Source of the DNA: Colwelliaceae bacterium 6441
GTDB lineage: Bacteria > Pseudomonadota > Gammaproteobacteria > Enterobacterales > Alteromonadaceae
DNA: 24,000 nucleotides
Assembly: GCA_040779345.1 (NCBI GenBank)
Contig: JBFONU010000008.1
Span: 66,244-90,243 of the forward strand
Reading direction: 5' to 3'
Shown: one piece after another, positions 16,649-24,000 of the stretch
Layout: every line of letters starts with the position of its first letter
Position numbering within the stretch: position 1 is the first letter of the stretch
Program-made: the position numbers and the translations under genes
The notes under the pieces: model-generated
The model's database searches: none
Told to the model about the DNA's origin: nothing
What the model saw: the letters and a program-made list of their open reading frames with translations, nothing else

Positions 16649-16690
16649 TAGAAATATTAGTTTTCATTGGAAATATTAGTTTTTATTGCA
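16642..16690. repeat. 19-bp tandem direct repeat (2 full copies plus a partial third) spanning the GNAT start codon
   Basis: TTTTCATTAGAAATATTAG (16642-16660) and TTTTCATTGGAAATATTAG (16661-16679) differ at one position. A partial third copy, TTTTTATTGCA, follows at 16680-16690. Confidence 0.85.
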
Positions 16691-16745
16691 AAAGTTAATT
16701 AAAGAACAGTCTAAAATAATACCTAGTTAAAGTAACTACTGATAA

Positions 16746-16775
16746 GCATTGTTTTACCCATAGATAAAACAATGC
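16746..16775 (-). terminator. hairpin immediately downstream of the EamA-family gene; possible terminator
   Basis: GCATTGTTTTA-N8-TAAAACAATGC gives an 11-bp perfect stem, 7 nt after the stop. The trailing T tract on the minus strand is poor (TTATCAG). Confidence 0.4.
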
Positions 16776-16781
16776 AATAAA

Positions 16782-17687
16782 CTATTTAGCCGATATATTT
16801 AGGCGCTTATTTAATGTCGCTGTCACTTTTGTGCTCCACTGAAAGCCACTTAAACCAACCACGACAAAAAAAGCACCAATGATTAATTTTACAGTAAAGT
16901 GCTCATTATTGAGTATTGCCCCTAAACTCATGGCTAATAAGGGGGTGATCATGGTTATAAGTGCCACGGTGCTTGCTGTTAGCTTTTGCAAAATATAAAA
17001 ATATGCGATAAACCCTATTAATGAGCCAAATACTCCTAAATATAAAATAGATAAAATAGACCGTAATTGCCATTGGTGATGATCAAGAGTGCCATCAAAC
17101 ATCAGCCAAGTGATCAAAAATAATGGTGTGCAAAACATAAGTGCACCTACCGTAGTTGCCATTGGATGAATAGAGATTTGAATGCTCTTAACTAAGACAC
17201 TGCTTAAGCTAAAGAAAAATACCGCACATAAAATTAGTGCAATACCAATATAGCCTTTTTCATCGAGCATAATGTTATCTAAACAGACCGTTGATAAACC
17301 AATTATCGCAATAATAAGTGCCACTTTTTTGGTTAAGCAAAATTTTGGCTCATTGATAATATGTTGCGCCATTACTCCCGATAAAATAGGTGATAAACCA
17401 AATATCAACGACATCAGTCCAGAAGAAATATATCGAGCGGCATAATAAGAAAATAACATACCGCCAAATATTCCTAGAGCTGAAAAGCAATAGAGCTTAA
17501 TCGCATTTTTATGCCATGGTAATTTCACGTTATAGGCTTTTAATAATAGGCTCCCGATAATTAATGCAATCAACATGCGCATCAATACCGCCAAAGTAGG
17601 ATGCACAGATTCACTACTCCAAACAATACCTAAAGGGGTTGTTGACCAAATTAACACCACGGCTAAATATGCAGTAGAAACATTCAT
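16782..17687 (-). CDS. EamA/DMT-superfamily permease (10 TM)
   Basis: 301 aa and hydrophobic throughout, with the two-fold EamA repeat architecture. AAGGAG lies 6 nt upstream of the ATG. Confidence 0.85.
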   Translation of the reverse strand: MNVSTAYLAVVLIWSTTPLGIVWSSESVHPTLAVLMRMLIALIIGSLLLKAYNVKLPWHKNAIKLYCFSALGIFGGMLFSYYAARYISSGLMSLIFGLSPILSGVMAQHIINEPKFCLTKKVALIIAIIGLSTVCLDNIMLDEKGYIGIALILCAVFFFSLSSVLVKSIQISIHPMATTVGALMFCTPLFLITWLMFDGTLDHHQWQLRSILSILYLGVFGSLIGFIAYFYILQKLTASTVALITMITPLLAMSLGAILNNEHFTVKLIIGAFFVVVGLSGFQWSTKVTATLNKRLNISAK

Positions 17688-17787
17688 TACCTTACTCCTT
17701 GTCTTAAAATTACGCCGTTAAAAAGCCGAATTAAGTTTAACAATTGATTAATGCCGAGTGTGTTACTGAGTTTTTATGGGGGAAAGA

Positions 17788-17815
17788 AAAACCGCAGTAT
17801 AGAAACTGCGGTTTT
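17788..17815 (-). terminator. intrinsic terminator, best oriented for the minus strand (upstream MCP transcript)
   Basis: AAAACCGCAGT-ATAGAA-ACTGCGGTTTT. On the minus strand the stem is followed by TTTTCTTTCC. It lies about 200 nt downstream of the MCP stop at 18014. Confidence 0.65.
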
Positions 17816-18013
17816 AAAAATGTTAAGCTGGTAAGTTACATTTTACTCCACAGTATATATCGGCCAGAAAACGACCGATTTGGCCATATTATTCCAGCGG
17901 CATATATCTGTATTGAGAGTAAAAATTGTTGTCATTATCTATCTTAAATTGTTAACTTACCTCTTCATAATGACGGGCAAAAAAATCAAAGTCAATCATA
18001 AAAACACTTTATA

Positions 18014-20041
18014 TTAATCGGTTTTAAAGCGCTGTAAATTTCCAAGTAAAGCTTCACTTTCATCTTTCAAAGATCCACCGGCAATGTTAGCCTCATTCAT
18101 CATTTCAGAAGTACTTTGCGAGAAATCTTTGGTGGTAACAATATTTTTAGTGATGTCTTCAAGTACCACTGACTGTTGTGAAGTCGATTCGGCGATTTCC
18201 ATCGATTGCTGCTGAATATGCTCAACTTCCCCAGTTAATTGCGTTAATTTAGCATGGATCTGCTCGGCATGAATAACACTCTCTTCAGCATGCTGTCTGT
18301 TATCAACCATTACATCTAACACTTTCTTGGTATTATCACGCAAGCTATCAATAATTTTTTGAATATTTGACGTTGACTCTTGCGTTTGGCGTGCCAAGGT
18401 TCTAACTTCATCAGCCACAACAGCAAAACCACGGCCATGCTCACCTGCTCTAGCAGCCTCAATGGCGGCATTTAATGCCAGTAAGTTAGTTTGATCTGCA
18501 ATACTACCAATAACATCAAGCACTTCGCCGATTCTGTCTGAGCTAACATTCAAATCACTTACTAAGGCTTCACTTTCACGAAAACTTTGCGCTAAGGTAT
18601 TTATTTGTTGATCCGCTTTAGTGACTAAATCCATGCCTTCGTGCACTTGCTTTTGTACCTCAGAAGTTGCATTACTTGAATTTTCGGCATTAGAACTTAT
18701 CTCACTAACTGCCTGAGATAATTCTGTCGTTGCAGTCGCAATCATGTCTAATTCGGCATTTTGATTTTGTACCGCCCCATCTGCCTGCAACATCATTTGT
18801 TGCATATTAGCGCTTGATTCAGATACCGAATTTGAAACTCTTAAGCTATCTTTTACCACGGAATTGACATTAATAACAAAGTCATTAAATAATTTTGATA
18901 CTAGACCTATTTCATCATCATTTTTTATCGTTAGTCGCTGCGTTAAATCACCATCACCACTCACAATTCTGGACATAGCATCACCCAATTCACGTAATGG
19001 TTTTAGCCCTAAATTAATCATAAAGGTTAACACAAGTGCAATGACAACCAATAACACCACAGTCGTTATGACAAATTGTTGAGTAGCCGCATTAATAGGT
19101 TGATCAATTTGTTCTTGTGGATACATCAAGGCTAGCCGCCAATTCATTAATGGCTCATCTAAGGATAACTTCTTCACCGCCACTAATTGCTCTTTTCCCT
19201 GCCATACGACGTTATAAAATGCTAAATCTGCAGAGTTTGAATTTAATTGACTAAAACCACTATTCCCCTGTACTTCATCAAACGAGCTCAACGTAAACTT
19301 AGTATTTGGCTGTGTTTTTTCCAGCTGAGTATTCTCCGGAAGTGTGATTAACGCTTGATTTTCTTGAAAAAGAAAAGCGGTGCCCGCACCATTATATTTT
19401 GCATTTTTGCTCACTTCTTTTTGAATAGTTTCAAGTTTTAAGTCAATACCAGCGATAGCAATTTTTTCACCATTTAACCCATAGATAGGTTTTGACATTG
19501 CTGTCGAAATAATTTTTGTTCTTGAGTCTTCAAAAGGTTCATTGACCACGGCTTTACCGGCTGACTCAGTTAATATCCACCATGGTATGCTATCAATTGA
19601 CGCTGTCATGATTTCTTTTGGAATTCTACCGTTTTCGTCCCAATACTCTCTGGTTTTTACCGGACTATAAAAAAGGCTGGTGATTTCCTCTTCACTGGCA
19701 ACAACTCGTTGTAAAAAGGCATTAACCTCAGCATAAAGCGGCTGATCATCAATGTCTTCCCACATAGTTGCTCTTTCAGAAAGCCACTTTAAAATACTAG
19801 GTGATAGAAAAGCGGTATCGAGAACTTTATAACGGGTGATGAGTAAACTTTTTATATTCCCCGCTTCAGTTTCTACTGTTTTTGCAATACCAGATTTGAT
19901 TTTATCGAGATTATCAGCAGATATTTGCTTGATCGCTATCACCGAAATGATAAGCAAAATTAACAATATAATTGAACATACGTTAATCACTAACCGCCAA
20001 GCCAAAGATAAACTAGCTAAAGGATTAAATGTTTTCTTCAT
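18014..20041 (-). CDS. methyl-accepting chemotaxis protein with a double-Cache-type sensor, HAMP and MCP signalling domains
   Basis: 675 aa. TM1 is [20 protein letters not shown], followed by a periplasmic region of about 290 aa. TM2 is [22 protein letters not shown]. The HAMP segment reads [24 protein letters not shown]...DEIGLV. The signalling hairpin is [32 protein letters not shown]. Confidence 0.95.
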   Translation of the reverse strand: MKKTFNPLASLSLAWRLVINVCSIILLILLIISVIAIKQISADNLDKIKSGIAKTVETEAGNIKSLLITRYKVLDTAFLSPSILKWLSERATMWEDIDDQPLYAEVNAFLQRVVASEEEITSLFYSPVKTREYWDENGRIPKEIMTASIDSIPWWILTESAGKAVVNEPFEDSRTKIISTAMSKPIYGLNGEKIAIAGIDLKLETIQKEVSKNAKYNGAGTAFLFQENQALITLPENTQLEKTQPNTKFTLSSFDEVQGNSGFSQLNSNSADLAFYNVVWQGKEQLVAVKKLSLDEPLMNWRLALMYPQEQIDQPINAATQQFVITTVVLLVVIALVLTFMINLGLKPLRELGDAMSRIVSGDGDLTQRLTIKNDDEIGLVSKLFNDFVINVNSVVKDSLRVSNSVSESSANMQQMMLQADGAVQNQNAELDMIATATTELSQAVSEISSNAENSSNATSEVQKQVHEGMDLVTKADQQINTLAQSFRESEALVSDLNVSSDRIGEVLDVIGSIADQTNLLALNAAIEAARAGEHGRGFAVVADEVRTLARQTQESTSNIQKIIDSLRDNTKKVLDVMVDNRQHAEESVIHAEQIHAKLTQLTGEVEHIQQQSMEIAESTSQQSVVLEDITKNIVTTKDFSQSTSEMMNEANIAGGSLKDESEALLGNLQRFKTD

Positions 20042-20183
20042 AATATAGATAACCTTACTGTGTTAAAAAGCAAATATAAATAATAGTTATATTTTACATT
20101 AAAAAGTCATGGTAATTATTTGTGGAAACAAAAAAGATACAAACAAACTTATTCTTTAAATATAAACTTTAGTTAACAACAAT

Positions 20184-20211
20184 AAAAAAAACACCTGAGG
20201 AAGGTGTTTTT
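20184..20211 (-). terminator. intrinsic terminator after the phnA-like gene
   Basis: A run - ACACCT-GAGGA-AGGTGT - TTTT. On the minus strand the hairpin is followed by a 7-T run (TTTTTTTATT). It lies 28 nt downstream of the stop. Confidence 0.8.
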
Positions 20212-20238
20212 CTAGAAATATTTGATCAATTTGATTAT

Positions 20239-20808
20239 TTAGGCTTTTTTCAGGTATGACGCCACTAATACAATACGCGTACCATTAACTTTACCTTCGA
20301 TATGCTCAGGATTATCCGTTAGAGAAATACCACGAACCAAAGTGCCTTGTTTAGCCGTAAAGTTTGCTCCTTTAACTTTTAAATCTTTAATTAAAGTCAC
20401 ATCGTCTCCATCGTTTAACTCCGCACCATTACTATCACGGGTTGGACCTTCTCGTTCAGCCGCCGCTATACCTTGCTCGGCCCAAGTTTTAACATCATCT
20501 TCCATGTAAATCATTTCTAGCGCATCTTGTGCCCAGCTTTCTGATGATAACTTATGTAACATTCGATAAGACATTACTTGAACAGCAGGCTCTTGATTCC
20601 ACATCGCATCGTTTAAACAACGCCAATGATTCACGTCTAAATCACTTTCTCCTGAAACTTGTGATAGACATAACTGACAAATATACATACATTGTTGAGC
20701 ACTGCCATCACTTGTTGGCGGGACTTCATGTACAATTAAGTGCTCAGTTGCACCGCAGAATTCACAACTTGAATTACTTCGTTGCTTTAATGCTTGTTCT
20801 GTTGACAT
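20239..20808 (-). CDS. phnA: PhnA/YjdM-family zinc-ribbon protein, long form
   Basis: 189 aa. The N-terminus has CxxC plus a CxxxCxxC cysteine cluster. The C-terminal domain DGDDVTLIKDLKVKGANFTAKQGTLVRGISL...HIEGKVNG..IVL...LKK parallels E. coli PhnA (DGDSVTIIKDLKVKGSS..LK.GTKVKNIRL). No phn operon is nearby. Confidence 0.8.
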   Translation of the reverse strand: MSTEQALKQRSNSSCEFCGATEHLIVHEVPPTSDGSAQQCMYICQLCLSQVSGESDLDVNHWRCLNDAMWNQEPAVQVMSYRMLHKLSSESWAQDALEMIYMEDDVKTWAEQGIAAAEREGPTRDSNGAELNDGDDVTLIKDLKVKGANFTAKQGTLVRGISLTDNPEHIEGKVNGTRIVLVASYLKKA

Positions 20809-20989
20809 AGATAACTCTCAAAATTTTTTGCGCTATTATGCCTGTGTTAACTCCAATACTCACGAAAAATTTAGCGGAAAAAGCCACTAAGCCAAGCATA
20901 AACTTTATTTAAAACAATACAGTAACATTAAATTAAACCTAATTATCAACGCATTACAAATCAATGAGAGGTATTCATTGTCAAAATAG

Positions 20990-23266
20990 CTATTCAGCAT
21001 ATTTTTTTTGTAAATTCACTTTTTCCTTATCTGCAAAAAAGTCTAATAAGTCATTTTTTTCTAATGGCCGACTAAACCAGTAGCCTTGAATTTCATCACA
21101 ATATTGAGCTTTAAGAAACTCAACATGTGCAACTTCTTCAACACCTTCCGCAATTAGAGATAATCCTAAATTTTTTCCTAATCCAATAATCGTATTAACA
21201 ATCGCTTTGTCTTCATTATTTTGATGGCAATTACGAATAAAGGATTGATCTATTTTAAGTTTATCGACTGGAAATTGTTTCAGGTAAGACAAAGAGGAGT
21301 ATCCCGTGCCAAAATCATCAATAGATAATTCAACCCCCAGTGTTTTTAAATGCTGTAATACTGAAATGGTATTAGCCTCATTGTGCATAAATACGCCTTC
21401 AGTAATTTCTAACTCTAAATTACTAGCATCTAAATCACTTTTTATTAACGCATCTTTTACTGTTTGAATAAATTGAGGATGAGAAAATTGTCGAGGAGAG
21501 ACATTCACCGCAACAACAATATCCACATAACCCTTTTTAACCAGCTCTTTGGCAAATAGACAAGCTTGCTCTAAAATCCATTGGCCAATAGAAACAATCA
21601 GCCCTGATTTTTCGGCAAGCGGAATAAATTCAGCTGGGGAGATAATTTCGCCACTATGTCGCCAACGAACAAGAGTTTCTATGCCAGTAATCTTATTTTT
21701 AGCAAAAGAAAACTGCGGTTGAAAAACCAAAAACAACTCATCTAACGTTATAGCATGGCGTAATTTATCTACCATTGTGGCACTTTTTTCAATTTTGTCG
21801 GCAAAAATGGGCGTGAACAAACAATAGTTTTCATGTTCATTTTTACTGGCTAATGAAAGCGCAATATGTGCATTTTTCAGTAATATATTATGATCAGCAC
21901 CATGCTCAGGATAAACCACAAAACCAAAGTCACACTCTATAAAAAACTCACCATATTTTGTCACTAAGGCTTTTTCTGCTTCTTTAGAAATATTTTTGAC
22001 CAGTTTTTGTAGGGATAAAGTTGATAATGTTTCTGTGCACACAATGGCAAATTCACTCTCATTAATATGATAAAAACCAATGTCTTTTGGCAAATGTTTC
22101 GTAATTAGATTCGCAAAGCATCTCACTAGCGCTGAAACAACTTCTCCACCAAACGTGCCTACTTTTTCATTAAAATGACGCAGAGCAAGCACACCTAATG
22201 AAAACTTCCTATTATGCTCTATCAATTCAGTTATTTTTTCATTGAGTTTATATAAGTTGGGTAAATGTGTTTCTGGTGAAGTAAAAGCAAGCTTTTTAAC
22301 TTCTTGCTCTGCCAAAACACGTTCTGTAATGTCTTTAATGTGAATATCATAAGCTTCGAGTTCCTTATGCCAATGAATACTGATTTGTAGAATTCTATCC
22401 TTCAACCTTTGCTCAACCACTAAACTCGAGTCAACTTGTTGACTAATGGATTGTCGCAATGATAAAAAATTAGCGGGTAATAGCTCATCCACTTTTTCAG
22501 GTGAGATCCCAACACAGTGCAATAAATTTTCACAAGCTGGGTTTGCAAAGGTCACTTCCCCTAAATTATTAACACTTAGAATAGGGTTAGGGTTTCGTTG
22601 AGAAAATAATGCTAAGCGAGTAGTTTTAGCTTGATTTAAAATATACTGTCGAATATACCAAGAGACCACTCCAGCAATAAGGATAATAAACAATCCATAG
22701 ACAACGACTAACCAATGCGCAATAAACATCTGTGAAAGCGTTTTACTATGCCCTTCTTCAACCGTTAATTTAGTTTGTTTCTCAATCGATTTTAAGGTGG
22801 GCAATAACTCAATACGCACTTGCGATATAGCTTGTAATATCGACCGCATTTCATCCCAATTATCATCTTGAACTTGCATTTCTTGATAAAACAATTCAAA
22901 AAGTTGAGAAATTTCATTTTGCTTTTCTGCAATAATTTTTGCCTCAGAGGCGAACCTTGGTTGGGCTAATATCACCGAAAAATGCATGTTAAATGTCTCG
23001 GCAATATTCTTCGATGACGATAAAAACACCTCGTCATTCTGTGAGCGATAATATTCATAAACGACTCTCTCTTGCTCACTTAAATCAGAAATCAGTTCAT
23101 TTATCCCAGTCAAAATTGGGATGCGATATTCAACGAGATCTATTGCATTCACCCGAACACTTTCTGTTGATTTATAGACCATAAAGGACAAAATCAGTCC
23201 CATGAAAATAGCTATAGCGGCTAATATCGAGGCTCGAAATAGGTAGGGTTTAACAATAGAATTCAT
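20990..23266 (-). CDS. membrane sensor protein: periplasmic helical domain - PAS - degenerate GGDEF - EAL (predicted c-di-GMP phosphodiesterase)
   Basis: 758 aa with two TM helices flanking a region of about 150 aa. A PAS-like segment reads NPNPILSVNNLGEVTFANPACENLL. The GGDEF signature is replaced by N-E-S-E-F (nt 22049-22063). EAL-domain motifs are present: ETLVRW (nt 21662-21679), NVSPRQF, EITEG, DDFGTGYSSLSYL, KIDQSF, AEGVE, QGYWFSRP. Confidence 0.9.
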   Translation of the reverse strand: MNSIVKPYLFRASILAAIAIFMGLILSFMVYKSTESVRVNAIDLVEYRIPILTGINELISDLSEQERVVYEYYRSQNDEVFLSSSKNIAETFNMHFSVILAQPRFASEAKIIAEKQNEISQLFELFYQEMQVQDDNWDEMRSILQAISQVRIELLPTLKSIEKQTKLTVEEGHSKTLSQMFIAHWLVVVYGLFIILIAGVVSWYIRQYILNQAKTTRLALFSQRNPNPILSVNNLGEVTFANPACENLLHCVGISPEKVDELLPANFLSLRQSISQQVDSSLVVEQRLKDRILQISIHWHKELEAYDIHIKDITERVLAEQEVKKLAFTSPETHLPNLYKLNEKITELIEHNRKFSLGVLALRHFNEKVGTFGGEVVSALVRCFANLITKHLPKDIGFYHINESEFAIVCTETLSTLSLQKLVKNISKEAEKALVTKYGEFFIECDFGFVVYPEHGADHNILLKNAHIALSLASKNEHENYCLFTPIFADKIEKSATMVDKLRHAITLDELFLVFQPQFSFAKNKITGIETLVRWRHSGEIISPAEFIPLAEKSGLIVSIGQWILEQACLFAKELVKKGYVDIVVAVNVSPRQFSHPQFIQTVKDALIKSDLDASNLELEITEGVFMHNEANTISVLQHLKTLGVELSIDDFGTGYSSLSYLKQFPVDKLKIDQSFIRNCHQNNEDKAIVNTIIGLGKNLGLSLIAEGVEEVAHVEFLKAQYCDEIQGYWFSRPLEKNDLLDFFADKEKVNLQKKYAE

Positions 23267-23480
23267 TCATTATCCTTTTCTGCTATATAAACGGACAGCC
23301 TTACCAGTAAAAAAATTCCATTTTGAGTAAATTTTTATATTATAACCAGTTAAGTAGTTTCACCGTTATATTGCAAATACTGAAAGTTATCAATTATTCT
23401 TTAATGACTAAGCAAAAAGTTTAACTAAGTTAGTCGTGACGTAACTTCACATGTTAAGATAGTGGGTAAGTTTAGCTATT

Positions 23481-24000
23481 ATGACGTTAGCCATGTATTT
23501 ACCTCCTCAATCGAAACATGCTTTTATTTCTGGCGAAGTCGCCCTTGTGGGCACTGGGCCAGGTGATCCTGATTTGTTAACACTTCAGGCCTATCGATTT
23601 ATTCAACAAGCAGACATTGTCATTTATGACCGATTAGTCAGTAAAGAAATTATGGCTCTACTGCCTGAAAACGTTGATAAAATATATGTCGGGAAAAAGC
23701 AAGCTGAGCATAGGATCCCCCAAGAAGGGATTAATCAATTATTAGTTGACCACGCTAAAAGTCATAAGAAAGTCGTACGCTTAAAAGGCGGCGATCCCTT
23801 TGTTTTTGGACGAGGTGGTGAAGAGGCACAATTTTTATTAACACATGGCGTTGCTTGTCATATTGTACCCGGCATGACAGCAGCTTCGGCATGTACCAGC
23901 TATGTCGGGATCCCATTAACGCACCGACAGGTCTCCCAAAGCTGTACTTTTATAACAGGTCATGTCAAAGACTGCGGTGAATTAGACCTCCCCTGGCAAA
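23481..24000 (+). CDS. cobA: uroporphyrinogen-III C-methyltransferase (SUMT), 5' part; continues past the window end
   Basis: Manual translation gives MTLAMYLPPQSKHAFISGEVALVGTGPGDPDLLTLQAYRFIQQADIVIYDRLVS...VRLKGGDPFVFGRGGEEAQFL...VPGMTAASA...GIPLTHRQ. These are the classic SUMT motifs (GxGPGDPxLLT, KGGDPxxFGRGxEE, VPGxT). The N-terminal lead is short, so this is the stand-alone methyltransferase rather than full-length CysG. An alternative start is the ATG at 23493. Confidence 0.9.
   Translation, partial: MTLAMYLPPQSKHAFISGEVALVGTGPGDPDLLTLQAYRFIQQADIVIYDRLVSKEIMALLPENVDKIYVGKKQAEHRIPQEGINQLLVDHAKSHKKVVRLKGGDPFVFGRGGEEAQFLLTHGVACHIVPGMTAASACTSYVGIPLTHRQVSQSCTFITGHVKDCGELDLPWQ

Noticed and set aside
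16642-16690. Tandem 19-bp repeat as a CRISPR-like or minisatellite array
   Set aside because: There are only two full contiguous copies with no spacers, and no cas genes. It is better explained as a local slipped-strand duplication.
17744-17947. 67-aa plus-strand ORF in the EamA/MCP intergenic region
   Set aside because: It has a TTG start and no RBS, runs straight through the terminator hairpin at 17788-17815, and has Cys-rich odd composition. It is most likely noncoding.
18380-18520. Nucleotide similarity between the two MCP genes (also 3190-3330) as a dispersed repeat or recent duplication
   Set aside because: The similarity is confined to the universally conserved signalling hairpin and is diverged at many third positions. 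That fits old paralogy under protein-level constraint, not a mobile or recent repeat.
20164-20171. Exact TAAAGTTT (sigma-28 -35 element) on the coding strand upstream of the second MCP
   Set aside because: The sequence 11 nt downstream (AATAAGTT) matches GCCGATAA at 1 of 8 positions. A lone AT-rich 8-mer is not credible as a FliA promoter.
18864-23184. Antisense track ORFs 18864-19082, 19836-20048, 20529-20810 and 22993-23184
   Set aside because: These are shadow ORFs inside the second MCP, phnA and the GGDEF-EAL gene.
23267-23480. Possible cobalamin riboswitch or other leader upstream of cobA
   Set aside because: The region is uniformly AT-rich, with no GC-rich conserved B12-box-like core and no extended pairing. 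It looks like a plain divergent promoter region.
1-24000. Whole-window search for defence islands, toxin-antitoxin pairs, mobile elements, integrases, tRNA or rRNA genes, and CRISPR arrays
   Set aside because: No nuclease, ATPase, reverse transcriptase, transposase or integrase-like ORFs were found. No tRNA-like sequences were spotted by eye, and no large unexplained gaps remain (the largest noncoding stretch is about 326 nt). Gene order matches conserved core synteny.

Overview
AT-rich gammaproteobacterial chromosome segment. Gene content and order resemble a marine Alteromonadales-type genome (Colwellia/Shewanella-like); the taxon is inference only. The window is almost entirely core or housekeeping. 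It holds a bkdA1-bkdA2-bkdB branched-chain 2-oxoacid dehydrogenase operon and a solitary astE. It also holds the deeply conserved pgm-seqA / ybfF-(DUF2788)-ybfE-fldA-fur block, in the same order as E. coli. Other genes are a GNAT acetyltransferase, an EamA/DMT permease, a long-form PhnA-like zinc-ribbon protein and the 5' part of a cobA-type uroporphyrinogen-III methyltransferase. At the left end are an alpha/beta hydrolase, a PepSY-TM-like membrane protein, a small membrane protein and a partial lipoprotein gene. Signalling genes are two orphan dCache-HAMP chemoreceptors and two c-di-GMP-family proteins, both with degenerate GGDEF motifs. By eye I found no tRNA/rRNA, CRISPR array, transposase/integrase, phage gene or recognisable defence gene. 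There is no multi-gene cluster of unknowns, so I cannot support a claim of a novel multi-gene system here. The observations worth a second look are small cis elements and domain-level oddities. They are twin perfect palindromes forming a symmetric divergent promoter-like unit (254-289), a 36-bp perfect palindrome shaped like a wrong-strand terminator (14306-14341), stacked dyads upstream of the bkd operon, a Fur-box-like site upstream of one MCP, a duplicated lipoyl domain, a 19-bp tandem duplication across a start codon, and the degenerate GGDEF proteins. All regulatory calls come from reading the sequence only and are unverified.
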